A stretch of 64,000 nt of DNA from Somniosus microcephalus. Lineage: Eukaryota. The notes beneath the pieces were generated by a model. It searched no databases. It had not been told where the DNA came from and worked only from the letters and a program-made list of their open reading frames with translations. The position numbers and the translations under genes were made by a program. Of this stretch, positions 26,416-39,244 are shown piece after piece (the stretch's first letter is position 1; each line of letters opens with the position of its first letter). The DNA is taken from the NCBI GenBank assembly GCA_052327205.1, contig CM126207.1:257858001-257922000 (forward strand), given 5' to 3'.

Positions 26416-27528
26416 GACACTATTGTGTAGATTTTAGCTTTTTTAAGTTGCTTTTGTCCATCGAGTACTGTGAATACCTACTGCAGGCAACAGTTTGTGG
26501 AGATGTGCTGGGGGCAGGAGAGTGAATGCTTTCAGATGCTCCACACAACCAGGGTCCATTTGCCAGTCTTAGACACCAACCGGGGCAAGTTCCCTCTTGT
26601 CTAATTGTTTTTGACACTCTCCCCTGAATGCTATTTAACACTCGGTGGAGGTTTTCTCCAGCAGACTCTGTGGCAGAGGGGCTGAAATGAAGATTTCCAT
26701 TCCTGGAGAAAGCTTGGCTCTTTGGAACAGCTGAAGGGATTTTTCTCCCCCAGCCTCATCCTCAGCAAATATTATCCCAGTGCATCATCTCCACAAACTG
26801 GGATGTTTACAGGGTTCTATGAAAGAAGGTAATTAAAACTGATAAACACGTAAAAAAAAAGCAACCGCTCTGTCCTAGGAACAAGGAACATAGGAATATC
26901 GGAATAGGTCAATCAGCCCCTCGAGCCTGTTCTGCCATTCAATTAGATCATGGTTGATCTGTGTCTTAACTCCATCTTTCCGCCTTGGATCTGTAAACCT
27001 TAATACTCTTGCCTAACAATAATCTATCAAACTCAGGTTTGAAATCTTCAATTGACCTAGCTTCAATTGCTTTTTGGGGGAGAGAGTTCCAGATTTCCAG
27101 TATCCTTTTTGTGAAGGAGTGCTTCCTGACATCACCCGAGTGCTGCACTGTTGGAGGCGCCACCTTTCGGATGAAAGACAGCACCGTTAAACCGAGGCCC
27201 CGCCTGTTCTCTCAGGTGGACGTAAAAGATCCCATGGCACTATTTCGAAGAAGAGCAGGGGAGTTCTCCCCAGTGTCCTGGCCAATATTTATCCCTCAAC
27301 CAACATAACAAAAACAGCTTATCTGGTCATTATCACATTTCTGTTTGTGGGACCTTGCTGTGCGCAAATTGGCTGCCGCGTTTCCCACATTACAACAGTG
27401 ACTACACTTCAAATAGTACTTCATTGGCTGTAAAGCGCTTTGAGACATCCGGTGGTCACGAAAGGCGCTATAGAAATGCAAGTCCTGCTTTATTTTGAAC
27501 GGCTTAACTCTAATTCTAAGGTTATGAC

Positions 27529-30500
27529 TGAAATAAAGAATAGATTTGCCTTTCTAATCTAGGCTTTATTAACTTAAAAATCCTGTAGCACATCTTCAAC
27601 ACCCAGTCCCAACTAAAGGCTGGAAAGAACTGAATTTAAGATGGCCACCACAAATCACATGACATCAACTACCAATGAGATTACAACATATATCCCAAGG
27701 CAGGAAACAAACAACCAATCACAATACTTCTTACTAAACATAAAGAATAATCACCACATTCACCCCTCCTTTTAAAATATACTCCAACCTAAATAACCTT
27801 TACAATTTATAATTAATTATTTACAACTAAAACTATGCACAGACAAAATAAAACTATTCAACATGACACAATACTAAGTGAGCAACAACAAATAGTAACA
27901 TTGCACATAAGTATTAAATATCTCTCAACTAAAACAATATAATATAATATTTCAACAATTTTAAAACATTACTATCAATTTAAAAGTCCATTTTCAATCG
28001 GTCGACCGGATAACTTGTTCGTGTTGACCTTCTTAACCTTGGTGAAATTCCTTGCCCTCCCACACCAGGAGACACAGAAGTATCTTCTGCAGGAAGGCTA
28101 TCCATATCCCGATTTTCAACAGTTTCCGGATTAGAAATCCCATCAGGAGGTAAACTGGGATGGTCATGAACATCCATCGAGGGCTGACTAATAGAAGTAT
28201 AATTATCTGCAGTCGGATTGGAAATATTCATAGTATCTGTAACAGCATCCACATTATCTGAATCATGACTATTGTTAATATCCTCAGAAGAGGGCTGGCC
28301 ACCACAAGGAGCCAAGTCTTTAATTGAAACGGTACTCTCTTTCCCATCTTGGAATCGAATATGAGCATATTGGGAATTTGCCTCCAACAGCTCCACCTCC
28401 TCCACTAAAGGATCATATTTTGACAATCTAACATGGCGTCGAAGCAGCACAGGTCCCTGCATAGTAAGCCATGAAGGTACCGAATATCCCGTAGTAGATC
28501 TCCGCGGATAGTTAAAGAGCCTTTCATGGGGTTCACATTAGTAGCCGTTGAAAGCAATGATCTAATGGAATGCAGGGCATCAGGCAGTACCATTTCCCAC
28601 TGTGTATTCTTAAGGTTCCGGGATGTCAAAGCCAACATAACTGCCTTCCAGATCACCCCATTGTATCGTTCGCACTGTCCATTACCCTGGGGATTATACG
28701 GGGTAGTTCTGCTAGTAGAAATTCCCCGACTCTGAAGGTATTCCTTCAACTGGGAAGACATAAAAGAACTTCCCTGATCCGAATGGATATACGCAGGCAT
28801 CCCAAAGATGACAAAAAGTTGAGTCAGACATTTGATAATTGTAGCAGCTGATTCATCTGCGCAAGGAAAAGCAAAAGGGAACCTTGAAAACTCATCCACA
28901 ACAGTAAATATATATCGGTTTTGAGTAGTTGAAGGAAGAGGCCCCTTAAAATCGACGCTCAAACGTTCAAAAGGAGAAGTAGCCTTTATAAGATGAGCTC
29001 GTTGAGGCTTAAAGAAATTCGGTTTACACCGAGCACAGATAGAACATGATGAAGTCATCCGCTTGACGTCTTCAACTGAAAAGGGCAAATTCTTACTGCG
29101 TACGAAGTGTATCATCCTCGTAACCCCAGGATGGCATAAGGCATTGTGAAGATTAATAAGCGTATCTCCATGAATCACAGAACAATAAGCCCTCGACAGC
29201 GCATCAGCAGCAACATTATCCTTCCCCGGACGATAAACTATATCAAAATGGTAACATGCCAACTCAATCCTCCACCTCATTATTTTATCATTCTTAATCT
29301 TTCCAAAATGTTTGACATCGAACATAAAGGACACAGACTTTTGATCAGTTACCAACGTAAAATGTCGCCCCGATAAATAATGTCTCCATTTACACAGTGC
29401 TTCTACTATTGCATACGCCTCTTTCTCTATTGAAGAATGCCTTTTTTCGCTATTGTTCAAGGTACGTGAGAAAAAGGCCACAGGTCTTCCATTTTGGTTC
29501 AGAGTAGCCCCAATTGCAAAATCAGAAGCATCCATCTCAATCACAAAAGGAACCTGCTCATCAATAGAATGCACAACTGCTCCAAGGATATCCTTTTTAA
29601 AATTATCAAAACACGTCCTGGCCTCCCATGATAGAGGATATGTCGTAACCCGAATAAGAGGCCGGATCTTCTGTGAAAAATTTGCAATCCAATTAGAATA
29701 GTAAGAAAACAGTCCAACAACTCGTTGCAAAGCCTTAGAATTAGTAGGACAAGGTAAATCAATCAATGGTCGCAGACGTTCTGGGTCTGGTTTAATCTTG
29801 TTTCCCGAGATAATATACCCCAGTAGATTTACCTCAGTGGTCGAAAAGGTACACTTCTCTTTATTGAAAGTTAAACTAACTTTTTCCGCAGCTTGAAGGA
29901 ATCATTCTAAATTAGAATCATGCTCCACCCTTGATTTGCCACACACCGTGATGTCATCTAAGTATGAAAAGGTGTCAGAGAGTTATCACTTATAAAAGCA
30001 TCCATTGCCCGTTGAAAACAAGCAACACCATTAGTAACACCAAATGGTATTCGGCAAAACTGATACAGCTTTCCACCAGCCTCAAAGGCCATATATGGTT
30101 GATCCTTCATAACCATAGGAATCTGATGATAAGCACTCTTTAAATCAATAGTGCTAAAAACCTTATACTGAGATACTTTATTGATAAGCTCATCAATCTT
30201 AGGCAAAGGGTATGCATCTAATTGAGTATACCTATTAATAGTTTGGGAATAGTCTATCACCATTCGTTTCTTATGTCTCTTGTTAGTCGTGACAACTGCC
30301 TGTGCCCGCCAAGGCGAACAACTAGGTTCAATGATTCCTTCCAATAAGAGACGTTGAACTTCAGAATTAATAAATTCTCTATCCTGACTGCTATACCTTC
30401 TTGACTTGGTAGCAATTGGCTTACAATCCGGCATCAAATTGGAAAAAAGTGATAATGGAGAAATGGATAAAGAGGTTAATCCACAAATAGATAAAGGTGG

Positions 30501-31930
30501 CTTAGTCCCTCCAAATGAAAGATTGAGAGACTCGTGTAACTGAAGCATATCATGACCAATCAAAATATCCGCACAGAGATTAGGCAAAACAGATAGGCGT
30601 ATATCAGTATACGTATTACCTAGAAGAATCAATTTCACAAGGCAACAACCAGCTACTTGTGAAGTGAGAGTCGTCTGAGCCATACACACCTGATAGGAAA
30701 CAGGCGAAATTTTCAAATGCTTCTCCTTTGCAAACTGAAGACTTATAAAACTCTCGGTACTGCCCGTATCTATAAGGGCCTTCACTTCCAACCCATTAAC
30801 TTGGGCCGTAACTATAGCTTTGTTTAGGCCATGAGCAAATGCAGCAGAAATTGATGCAATAAACGCCCTATCTAAAGGCTGAATAGTCACAGAGGAGGTA
30901 ATTGAACCTGATGATTTACACACACGTGCGTAATGACCTCTCTTGCCACATTTACTACACACAGCCTCCCGAGCAGGACACTTCAGACGAGGGTGCCGGA
31001 CGTTCCCACAAAAATAACACTTCTGAATCCTAGAGGCAACAGCCGCTGAAGTAGAAACTGTTTCAGAATCTAGTAAACCACTCCTATTAAGTCCACATAA
31101 TTCCTTTTCATCCGGAACTGCCAAAACCACAGTCACAGGCCGATTAAAAAGAGCATAAGAATCCGAACTTCTCTGAGCCACATCCAATGTAGAAGCTTGC
31201 TCAAAAGCACTCTTAAGATCCAAAGTCTTATTTTCTAACAACCGCTGACGAATTGATCTAGACAGTAATCCATTAATAAAAGCATCCCATACCGATTCTT
31301 CCTTATATTCTTCAGCCGTCACGGCCTTATAATTACAGTTAACACTAAGGCACCGAAGTGCTTGTAAATAAGTATCCAAAGATTCTCCCACCTGTTGCCT
31401 ACGGGCAGATAGAAGGTGACGTGCAAATACCTCATTCTTTGGTTTAACAAAAATCTTTTCCAATGTAGAAATAGCCACTTCGTAAGTTTTACAGTCCAAA
31501 ATATACTTATACACATCCGGAGCAATGTAGTTGATCAGCATATTCAGCTTATTTAGAGACTCTTGATCCAACACGCCCAAAAAGTTTTTAAATGTACAAT
31601 ACCAGTGTTTCCATTTATCATCCACTCCTGCAGAATTAGGGTCAGCATTGAATCGTTCTGGTTGAAGATATCGCTCCATTCTGACATAAAGTTAATAAAT
31701 TGAAATAAAGAATAGATTTGCCTTTCTAATCTAGGCTTTATTAACTTAAAAATCCTGTAGCACATCTTCAACACCCAGTCCCAACTAAAGGCTGGAAAGA
31801 ACTGAATTTAAGATGGCCACCACAAATCACATGACATCAACTACCAATGAGATTACAACATATATCCCAAGGCAGGAAACAAACAACCAATCACAATACT
31901 TCTTACTAAACATAAAGAATAATCACCACA
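27529..31930 (-). mobile_element. Ty3/Gypsy LTR retrotransposon C, full length, no tRNA PBS
   Basis: 230-bp LTRs 27529-27758 and 31701-31930, identical by eye; TSD ATGAC; PPT AAAAGGAGGGGTGAA; only 21 nt between the 5' LTR and the gag ATG. Confidence 0.97.
27980..31679 (-). pseudogene. gag-pol: gag-pol of Gypsy C
   Basis: 2x CCHC, IDTGS, YLDD (~29955, frameshifted), DAS..EKEAYA RNase H, VDFKGPLP..HSDQG..ER integrase. Confidence 0.95.
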
Positions 31931-32393
31931 ATGACCCCTTGTTCTGGACTCCCCCACCAGAGGAGACAGTTTCTTTCTATCCACCCCATCAACTTTTTTA
32001 ATCATCTTAAGCACCTCAATTAGATCACCCCATAATCTTCCATACTCAAGGGAATATATTCCTGTTTATGGAAGTGCTGACATACATGTTGCAATTCAAC
32101 CAAGAGTGGTATTCAAAACAGTAACAAACAGAGAACAATGCACATTTGAACAAAAACATTCAGAAGCATTTTGTTCTCAAATACCAAACTGAAAACTGGG
32201 CAATGCCAAGAGGATGCCCCTTTTAAACAGGCGCAGCCTTTGCCTAACAAATGACAAATGAGATTGATATTTTCATTTTACATTTGCTGGCTTTCGCTTG
32301 ACATTCTGGCTCACATCTGAATTTGAAGTGAATAAAATTTAAAGTAAGCCGAATATTTTTTTGGTGGGTCTTATTTCAAGATAGACGCAATCA

Positions 32394-32806
32394 TTTAATC
32401 ATAATATGCTGCATAAATGCAACTCCTTTCTTCCTTCGCCCTCCTCATCAGCATTTTCCAACATTTTCTGTTTTTATTTCAGATTGTCAAAATGTGTAGG
32501 AGTTTCTTCTTTTTCGTTCTGTCTCTCCATACAGAGGACGTCCAAACCACAAAGGGAACCTTATGCACAACTAACAATTGTGATTTAACACAACCTTAGA
32601 GAGTTAACATAAGTCTATGCAAGTGTTTAGGTCTGAATTGAACCCCACCAGCGGGCCCATATATAGTGAAGTGCAACTCTGTACAGAGAGGTAAAAAGAG
32701 CAAGATCCTGCACGTGTTGAAAATCTGAAACAAAAACAGAAAATGTTGGAAAATGAAGAGGGCGAAGGAGAAAAGAGTTGAATTTATGCAGCATATTATA
32801 ATTAAA
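32394..32806. repeat. Long imperfect inverted repeat (foldback)
   Basis: Arm 32394-32536 is the reverse complement of 32677-32806, with a ~140-bp spacer. Confidence 0.8.
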
Positions 32807-33909
32807 CACCATTTTAAATGTAGTCACGGTTACAATGTAAACAAATGCAACAGACAATTTGCGCACAGCAAGGTCTCACAAACAGCAGTTGAGATGGATG
32901 AGCAGTTACATTGTTTTTAGTGATATAGCATGCAACACCTGCCCTTATACCTACCCCCGTCCCACTGTCTAAGGCCCCAAACACCCCTTCCAGGTGAAAC
33001 AGCGATTTACTTGTACTTCTTGCAAACTAGTATACTGTATTCGCTGCTCACGATGTGGTCTCCTCTACACTGGGGAGACCAAGCGTAGACTGGGTGACCG
33101 CTTTGCGGAACATCTCCGTTCAGTGCGTAAGGGTGGCCCCGAGCTTCCGGTCGCCTGTCATTTTAATTCACCGCTCCATTCCCACTCAGACCTCACCGTA
33201 CTCGGGCTCTTGCATTGTTCCACAGAAACCCAGCGTAAGCTCGAGGAACAGCACCTCATCTTCCAATTAGGCACTTTACAGCCTTCCGGACTCAATATCG
33301 AGTTCAACAATTTCAGATCATAACCTCGGCCCCTATTACATTTATATATATTTTTTTTATCCACACCTTTGTTTTGTGCCCTTCCCCCTTTTTTTCTCTC
33401 CCACAGGGCAGCTGTCTCTCATTCTGCCAGCGCATGTCACACCTAATCTAGAGCCGTCTTTTGTCTCCACTAGTCCTATCACCATCTCATCTCGTTTTGA
33501 ATACCTCTTAATGTCTCTTCACTTCTCTTTTGTTCTCTCATCCCCATTTCCCAGCCCCCAAACTGGCCTTTTAATCTGTTTCATTTCCTGTGTTTTTTCA
33601 GTCCTGACGAAGGGTTTCTGTAACGTCCGTGTGTAATTGAGACACGGACTGCAGGAGTTGGTTATAACAGGTGTTTACTGAATGGAGACAAAACTGGAAC
33701 TACTATACAAAGTTACTGCACAGGCTTATATACCGGGGTGGTCACTACTGGTACTGCAGTATACAGGGGCTGCAGAATATAGTTCCTTCTTCAAAGTACA
33801 TACACTACAATTCCTCCCCTTTTAGCTAAACAGTATATAACATTCGATTAATAATTAAATAACATATTTACAATTACAGTTGCTATATACATTAGCTGAA
33901 GTTAAGCAA

Positions 33910-36900
33910 TTATAAATTCAGTCTTTGAGGAGGCTTCCTGATTTTGTCCGGATAACGCCCCTTTGGGGTGTCAGCTTCTTCTGGCAAAGTTGATTCGGGA
34001 TCAACGTCGTTGTTTGGTTCGTCTGCTTCCAATATCACCGATTCTGAGGTAGATGCAATTGGTACTTCGGTTTCATCACCAGGTGTATCGGATCGTGGTG
34101 TGGATTTGACGTTTTCCAATGACTCTAGAATCTGGTCAGCATGGCTCTCTCCAACGTCCACGGTATACATTAGAGGTCCTTGCCGTGTGCAGATCGTTCC
34201 TGGCTGCCATTTCTCTGTGCGGTAGTCCCGGGCCAAAACTGGTTGACCTATCTTAAAACTCCTGGTTGGCCTTTCATTCATATTCTGAAACTGCCTGTTC
34301 TCCACATCTCTTCTGATGTTTGGCTTAACCAAATCCAAGCGGCATCTTAGTCTTCGATTGAAGAACATCATGGCTGGAGTTTAGTTGGTAACCGCATGTG
34401 TCGCATTCCGGTAGGCAAACAAGAAGTTATCCACCTTGTGTTGTAGGGGTATGTCTTCATTACACATTGCCTTGATAGCCTTCTTGAATGTTTGAACGAA
34501 CCGCTCAGCCAATCCATTGGTGGCTGGATGATATGGGGCAGATGTGTAATGCTTCACACCATTGTTCTTTACGAACCTCCGGAACTCTTCAGACACAAAC
34601 TGTGGTCCATTGTTGGAGCAAATCTGTTCAGGCAGCCCATTTCTGGCGAATATGGTTCATAAGACTGTGATGGTTTTTCTGTGGTGGTTGAGGACATTTT
34701 TATTACCTCTGGCCACTTTGAATGTGCATCCACCGCAATTAAAAACATCGAGTCCATAAATGGACCAGCAAAATCAATGTGCACCCTTTGCCATGGAGAT
34801 GAGGGCCACTCCCATGGATGTAGAGGGGCTTGTGGTGGGGCATTTTGGACCTTCTGGCATCCTGTACAGCTCTTGGTCATCTCTTCGATTTCTCTATCGA
34901 TTCCCGGCCACCACACAAACGCTCTGGCTAAGATCTTCATTTTTACCCCTCCCAGATGACCCTCATGAAGCTCATTGAGCACTCTATCCTTCAATTTGGG
35001 TGGAATTACTACTCTGGATCCACACATCAAGGTTCCTCTGCACACTGACAGCTGTTCTCTTCTCGGCGAGAATGCTGGCAACAGCGGTTCACCATATGCT
35101 GGCCATCCCTTCACCGTTAAATCATAGACCCTGGAGAGTGTCGGGTCATTTCGTGTTTCCTTTTCTATGTTTGCATTCGTCACAGGTAGACATTCGACTA
35201 TGGTCGAGTGGAATATCTCCACAGGATCCACTGCAGGTGCTTCTTCCACCGTCGGCAACGGTAGGCGCGACAATCCATCAGCATTCCCATGCTGTTTAGT
35301 TCCTTTGTACTCGATGTCATATTGGTGTGCCCCTAGGAAAAGGGACCACCTCTGTAGCCGTTGTGCTGTCATTATCGGGACGCCCTTCTTAGGGTTGAAA
35401 ATGGAGACAAGAGGTTGATGATCAGTTAGTAGAGTAAATTTCAGTCCGTGCAGGTAGTGATTGAACTTCTTCACCCCCCACACCAGGCTGAGGGCCTCTC
35501 TGTCAATCTGGGCGTAGTTACGCTCGGCTGCAGTTAACGAGCATGACGCAAAAGCTATCGGCCTCTCTGAACCATCAAGGGATTTATGTGACAGTACCGC
35601 TCCAACGCCGTAGGGAGACGCATCACACGCCAGTCTTATCGGTAGTGATGGGTTGTAGTGAGCCAATACTTCTCTTGAAGTGATCAGGCCTTTACACTTC
35701 TGAAAGGCCCGCTTACATTCATTGCTCCATTTCCATGCTACTCCAGTTTGTAGCAGGGCGTTCAGTGGGTGCAGAATTGTGGACAAATTCGGCAAAAACT
35801 TATGGTAGTAATTCACCAATCCGAGGAATGACCTCAGTTGCGACACATTTTCAGGCGCTGGAGCCTTAACTACCGCTTCAATTTTGTCAGGGGACTTATG
35901 TAACCCCTCTTCATCAATCACATGGCCAGAATACGATATTTGTTTCTTAAAAAACTCGCACTTGGGGCGATTGGCTCGTAGCCCATGTTCTCTTAGTCTC
36001 TAGGTTGGCAAGGTGTTCACTGTCATTTTCACCTGTCACTAGGATGTCGTCCAAGTAACACTGAGTCCCCGGAATCCCTTGCAGGACTTGTTCCATCGCT
36101 CTTTGCCATATAGCCGGAGCTGATGCAACTCCGAATACCAGTCGATTATACTGGTAAAGACCTTTGTGAGTGTTTATCGTGAGATATTTCCGAGAGGATT
36201 CTTCAACCTCCATCTGCAAATATGCTTGCGCTAGGTCAATTTTTGTAAAACGTTTCCCTCCAGATAGTGAGGCAAAAATATCTTCTATCCTCGGAAGAGG
36301 ATACTGTACTGTGTGAAGGACTGGGTTCACAGTCACCTTGAAGTCCCCACAGATGCGAACCTTCCTTGGCTCCTCAGACTTATTGTTTAACGTTTTCTTC
36401 ATGACAGGAACGATGGGTGTCGCCCACTCGCTCCAGTCTACCTTAGTTAGGACGCCTGCATTCTCCAGATTCTCCAGCTCTGCCTCAACGGCTGGGCGAA
36501 TTGCATACGGTACCGGTCTTGCTTTGAAAAACTTGGGAATTGCATTCTCTTCTATTTTTATCGAGGCGGTTATGCCTTTAAGAGTTCCCAGTTCTTGTTG
36601 AAATACCTCTTTAGCGTTAGCCAAGATTTTTGACAATCGTCCAGGTGTGACGTCATCATCCTTTTTACCAGCCACCGTCAGTGCCTGAATGGAGTGCCAG
36701 TCTAAACTTATCTTTCTGATCCATTCACGTCCCAATAACGGTGGTCCACCATCTTGCAGTATGTACAGATACAATTTCTGTATTTCCTTGCCGTTGTATT
36801 CGACAGGCACCCTTATTTTCCCTCTGGGGTATACTTTCTGCCCCGTATATGTCTTCAAGACAATGGATGTGTCTTTCAAGGGTATGTGTGAGAATAGCCG

Positions 36901-37839
36901 CTCGTAGTCTCATCGATTCATGATGGTCAGGGCTGATCCTGTATCCAATTCCATTTTGACTTGGGACCCTGCTATCATGAGGGTGACCCAAATGGTTCGG
37001 TGATCCTCTTTTGTGATTACGTTGTGTAGTTTGAGACAGCTTAGTCTCTTGTTCCCGGATTCACTATCGCTCTTCTGGTCTTCGGAACTACTGTCCGTCA
37101 TCTTTTGTACTTTCCTGTACTTTTCCTTAGTAGTCTTTTTGTTGTCATTAGTCTTCTTCCTGGACCTGCAAGCTCGTGCAATGTGTCCCATCTTTCCGCA
37201 TTGCCTGCATGTTTTGTCCTTGGAACAGCAGTCCTTCTGGTCATGGGTTGTTCTGCCGCAGCGATAACATTTATCAAATCCCCGTGTCATTTCATGGGTG
37301 CCGTATTCCTGTGGCTTTTGCTGTATTTCCGCAGCTTCCCTTGCTGCTGCTTCGTACGATACTGCCACGCTGAAAGCCTTATCTAGCGTCAGCTCTTTCT
37401 CTGAGAGTAACCTCTTCTGGGTTCCTTCACTCAGGAGTCCACAGACAAATATTTCCCGTAGGGTATCTGCCAGTCCTGCTCCGAACTGGCAGTGCTTTGA
37501 TAGCTTGCGTAGTTCCGTAAGGTAATCAGCATTGCTCTCATCTTTATGCTGATTTCTCTTGTGGAATTTAAATCTTTCTGCTATCAGCAGTGGTGTAGGA
37601 TTTAGGTGTTCCTGTAGGATATCAACAATTTCGTTAAAACTCTTCGCCATCGGTTTGACTGGAGTGATCAGGTTCCGCAATAGGCCGTACGTTCTTGCGC
37701 CCATTAAGTTTAGTAGTACCGATGCCTTTTTCTCATCGGCTACTTCATTTGCCTTGCAATATACTTCGACTCTTTCCACATACGTGGTCCAGTCTTCTAT
37801 TGCATTATCGAAGGCAGTGATATTGCCAGACTTCGGCAT
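33910..37839 (-). pseudogene. gag-pol: gag-pol of Gypsy B
   Basis: 2x CCHC, LDTGS, YLDD, CDAS, HIDFAGPF; breaks at ~36910, ~35990, ~34680 and 34381. Confidence 0.95.
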
Positions 37840-37850
37840 CTTGGAGATCT

Positions 37851-37960
37851 AAGATGGCGCCTCCCGCGCTTTGCCTTCTTCCCCGATTGAACAAAATGGC
37901 GCCTCCCACGCTTTGCCTTCTTCCCCGCTGGATTAAGATGGCGCCTCCCGCGCTTTCTGT
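37851..37960. repeat. ~42-bp tandem repeat (about 2.5 copies) in the Gypsy B 5' UTR
   Basis: AAGATGGCGCCTCCCGCGCTTT recurs at ~37851, ~37893 and ~37934. Confidence 0.85.
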
Positions 37961-39244
37961 CTTTTCCGCTGCTGCTAGCGCTGTTGCTGGCGTTTTTATG
38001 CCTTGATGGCGACGCCCTATGGTCTTCGCGCACTGCCCCCCCGCGCTGCTGCCAACGCCGCTCTCCGCGGTCCCCGTGGCAAACTGCAGCTCGTCGCGGC
38101 TTTCTGCGCTTCTAATTTCTTTTATTTTAATTACTGTTCCCGTCGTCAGAGCAGACCCTATGGGACACTTTCCTCCCTCTTCTCGGGTCTGTACGCTGCC
38201 CGGCTTCGTAGCACCGGCTGCACCCTGTGTGCTCCACCCTCTCTCTCTCTCTCCTCTTCCCGACAATGCTGCTCGGCCCCGTTGAAAAGCCACCCGATCG
38301 AGGTCTAGCCCGCCGCAGCCCAGGAAGGATCAGTGCACTACCTGCCACCAGCCCGATTAGCTGGAACACCATAGACTGGATAACCGAGCCCAGCACTCGA
38401 CAGCCTCTCCTGCAAATCTTCGAATTCGATGAATCAGAGGGCGGTTGCCCACGGTCGACGCCCGTTTCTTCTGTTTGTTTTTTTTCTTCTTTTTGGATTT
38501 CTTCCTTCTGGCCTCGACCTCTAACAACTTTGCTTCAGGGATGGATCCCCGTGAGGTGGTGCAGAACTGTAGGTAAGTTCGGATCTGTTCGTCGCCAGTG
38601 TAACGTCCGTGTGTAATTGAGACACGGACTGCAGGAGTTGGTTATAACAGGTGTTTACTGAATGGAGACAAAACTGGAACTACTATACAAAGTTACTGCA
38701 CAGGCTTATATACCGGGGTGGTCACTACTGGTACTGCAGTATACAGGGGCTGCAGAATATAGTTCCTTCTTCAAAGTACATACACTACAGTTTCGACCTG
38801 AAACGTTGACTCTATTTCTCTCTCCACGGATGTTGCCTCGCCTGCTGAGTTTTTCCAGCATTTTCTGTTGTTTTTAATGATGCTGGTTGTGAGTGGTTTT
38901 ATTGGCCAGGCTATCAGTACAACTCCTTGTTCTTCTGGACGAGGGAGTGCCCCAAATCTCTCCAGCGTCCGAGCCTGGGAGTTGGGGGGACATAAAAACA
39001 AATCGGCGGCAGTCGCCAGTCCTGATGAGCACCCAGAAAGGTGTGGCTGCACACTTGGTGAGGGCACGACCACACTGACACTGGCCGTCCAGACTCGCAC
39101 ATGAAGAATGATTGGGTGAGGTACCCGATGGCTGCCATTTCCCACGGAACTTTGGCTCAATGTGAGTCAATTCAGCATAAGAGAGAGGGAAATGGCAAAA
39201 ATCAACGAGGCTTAAAAAAAAACCTGGGTTCCTTCAAGCCTGTA

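Larger units (their letters stand above)
26880..32060 (-). mobile_element. CR1 3' fragment hosting a SINE (27140-27490, +) and Gypsy C
   Basis: CR1 tail at 26880-26960; ORF text IWNSLPQKA; continues across the Gypsy TSD to ~32060. Confidence 0.7.
33619..38789 (-). mobile_element. Ty3/Gypsy LTR retrotransposon B (Mag-like, relative of A), full length
   Basis: 191-bp LTRs 33619-33809 and 38599-38789, identical by eye; TSD GTTTC; PBS TGGCGACGAA; PPT AAAAGGGGAGGAAT. Confidence 0.97.
32925..38867 (+). mobile_element. 5'-truncated Penelope-like element (GIY-YIG + 3' UTR), split by Gypsy B
   Basis: ORF 32994..33323 is a GIY-YIG domain; TSD TTGTTTTTAGTGAT/TTGTTTTTAATGAT (32911-32924, 38868-38881); sits within a SINE. 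Confidence 0.85.

Noticed and set aside
39017-39050. CTGATGAG-CACC..GGTG resembling a hammerhead
   Set aside because: No GAAA follows the stem; it lies in a decayed SINE-like sequence.
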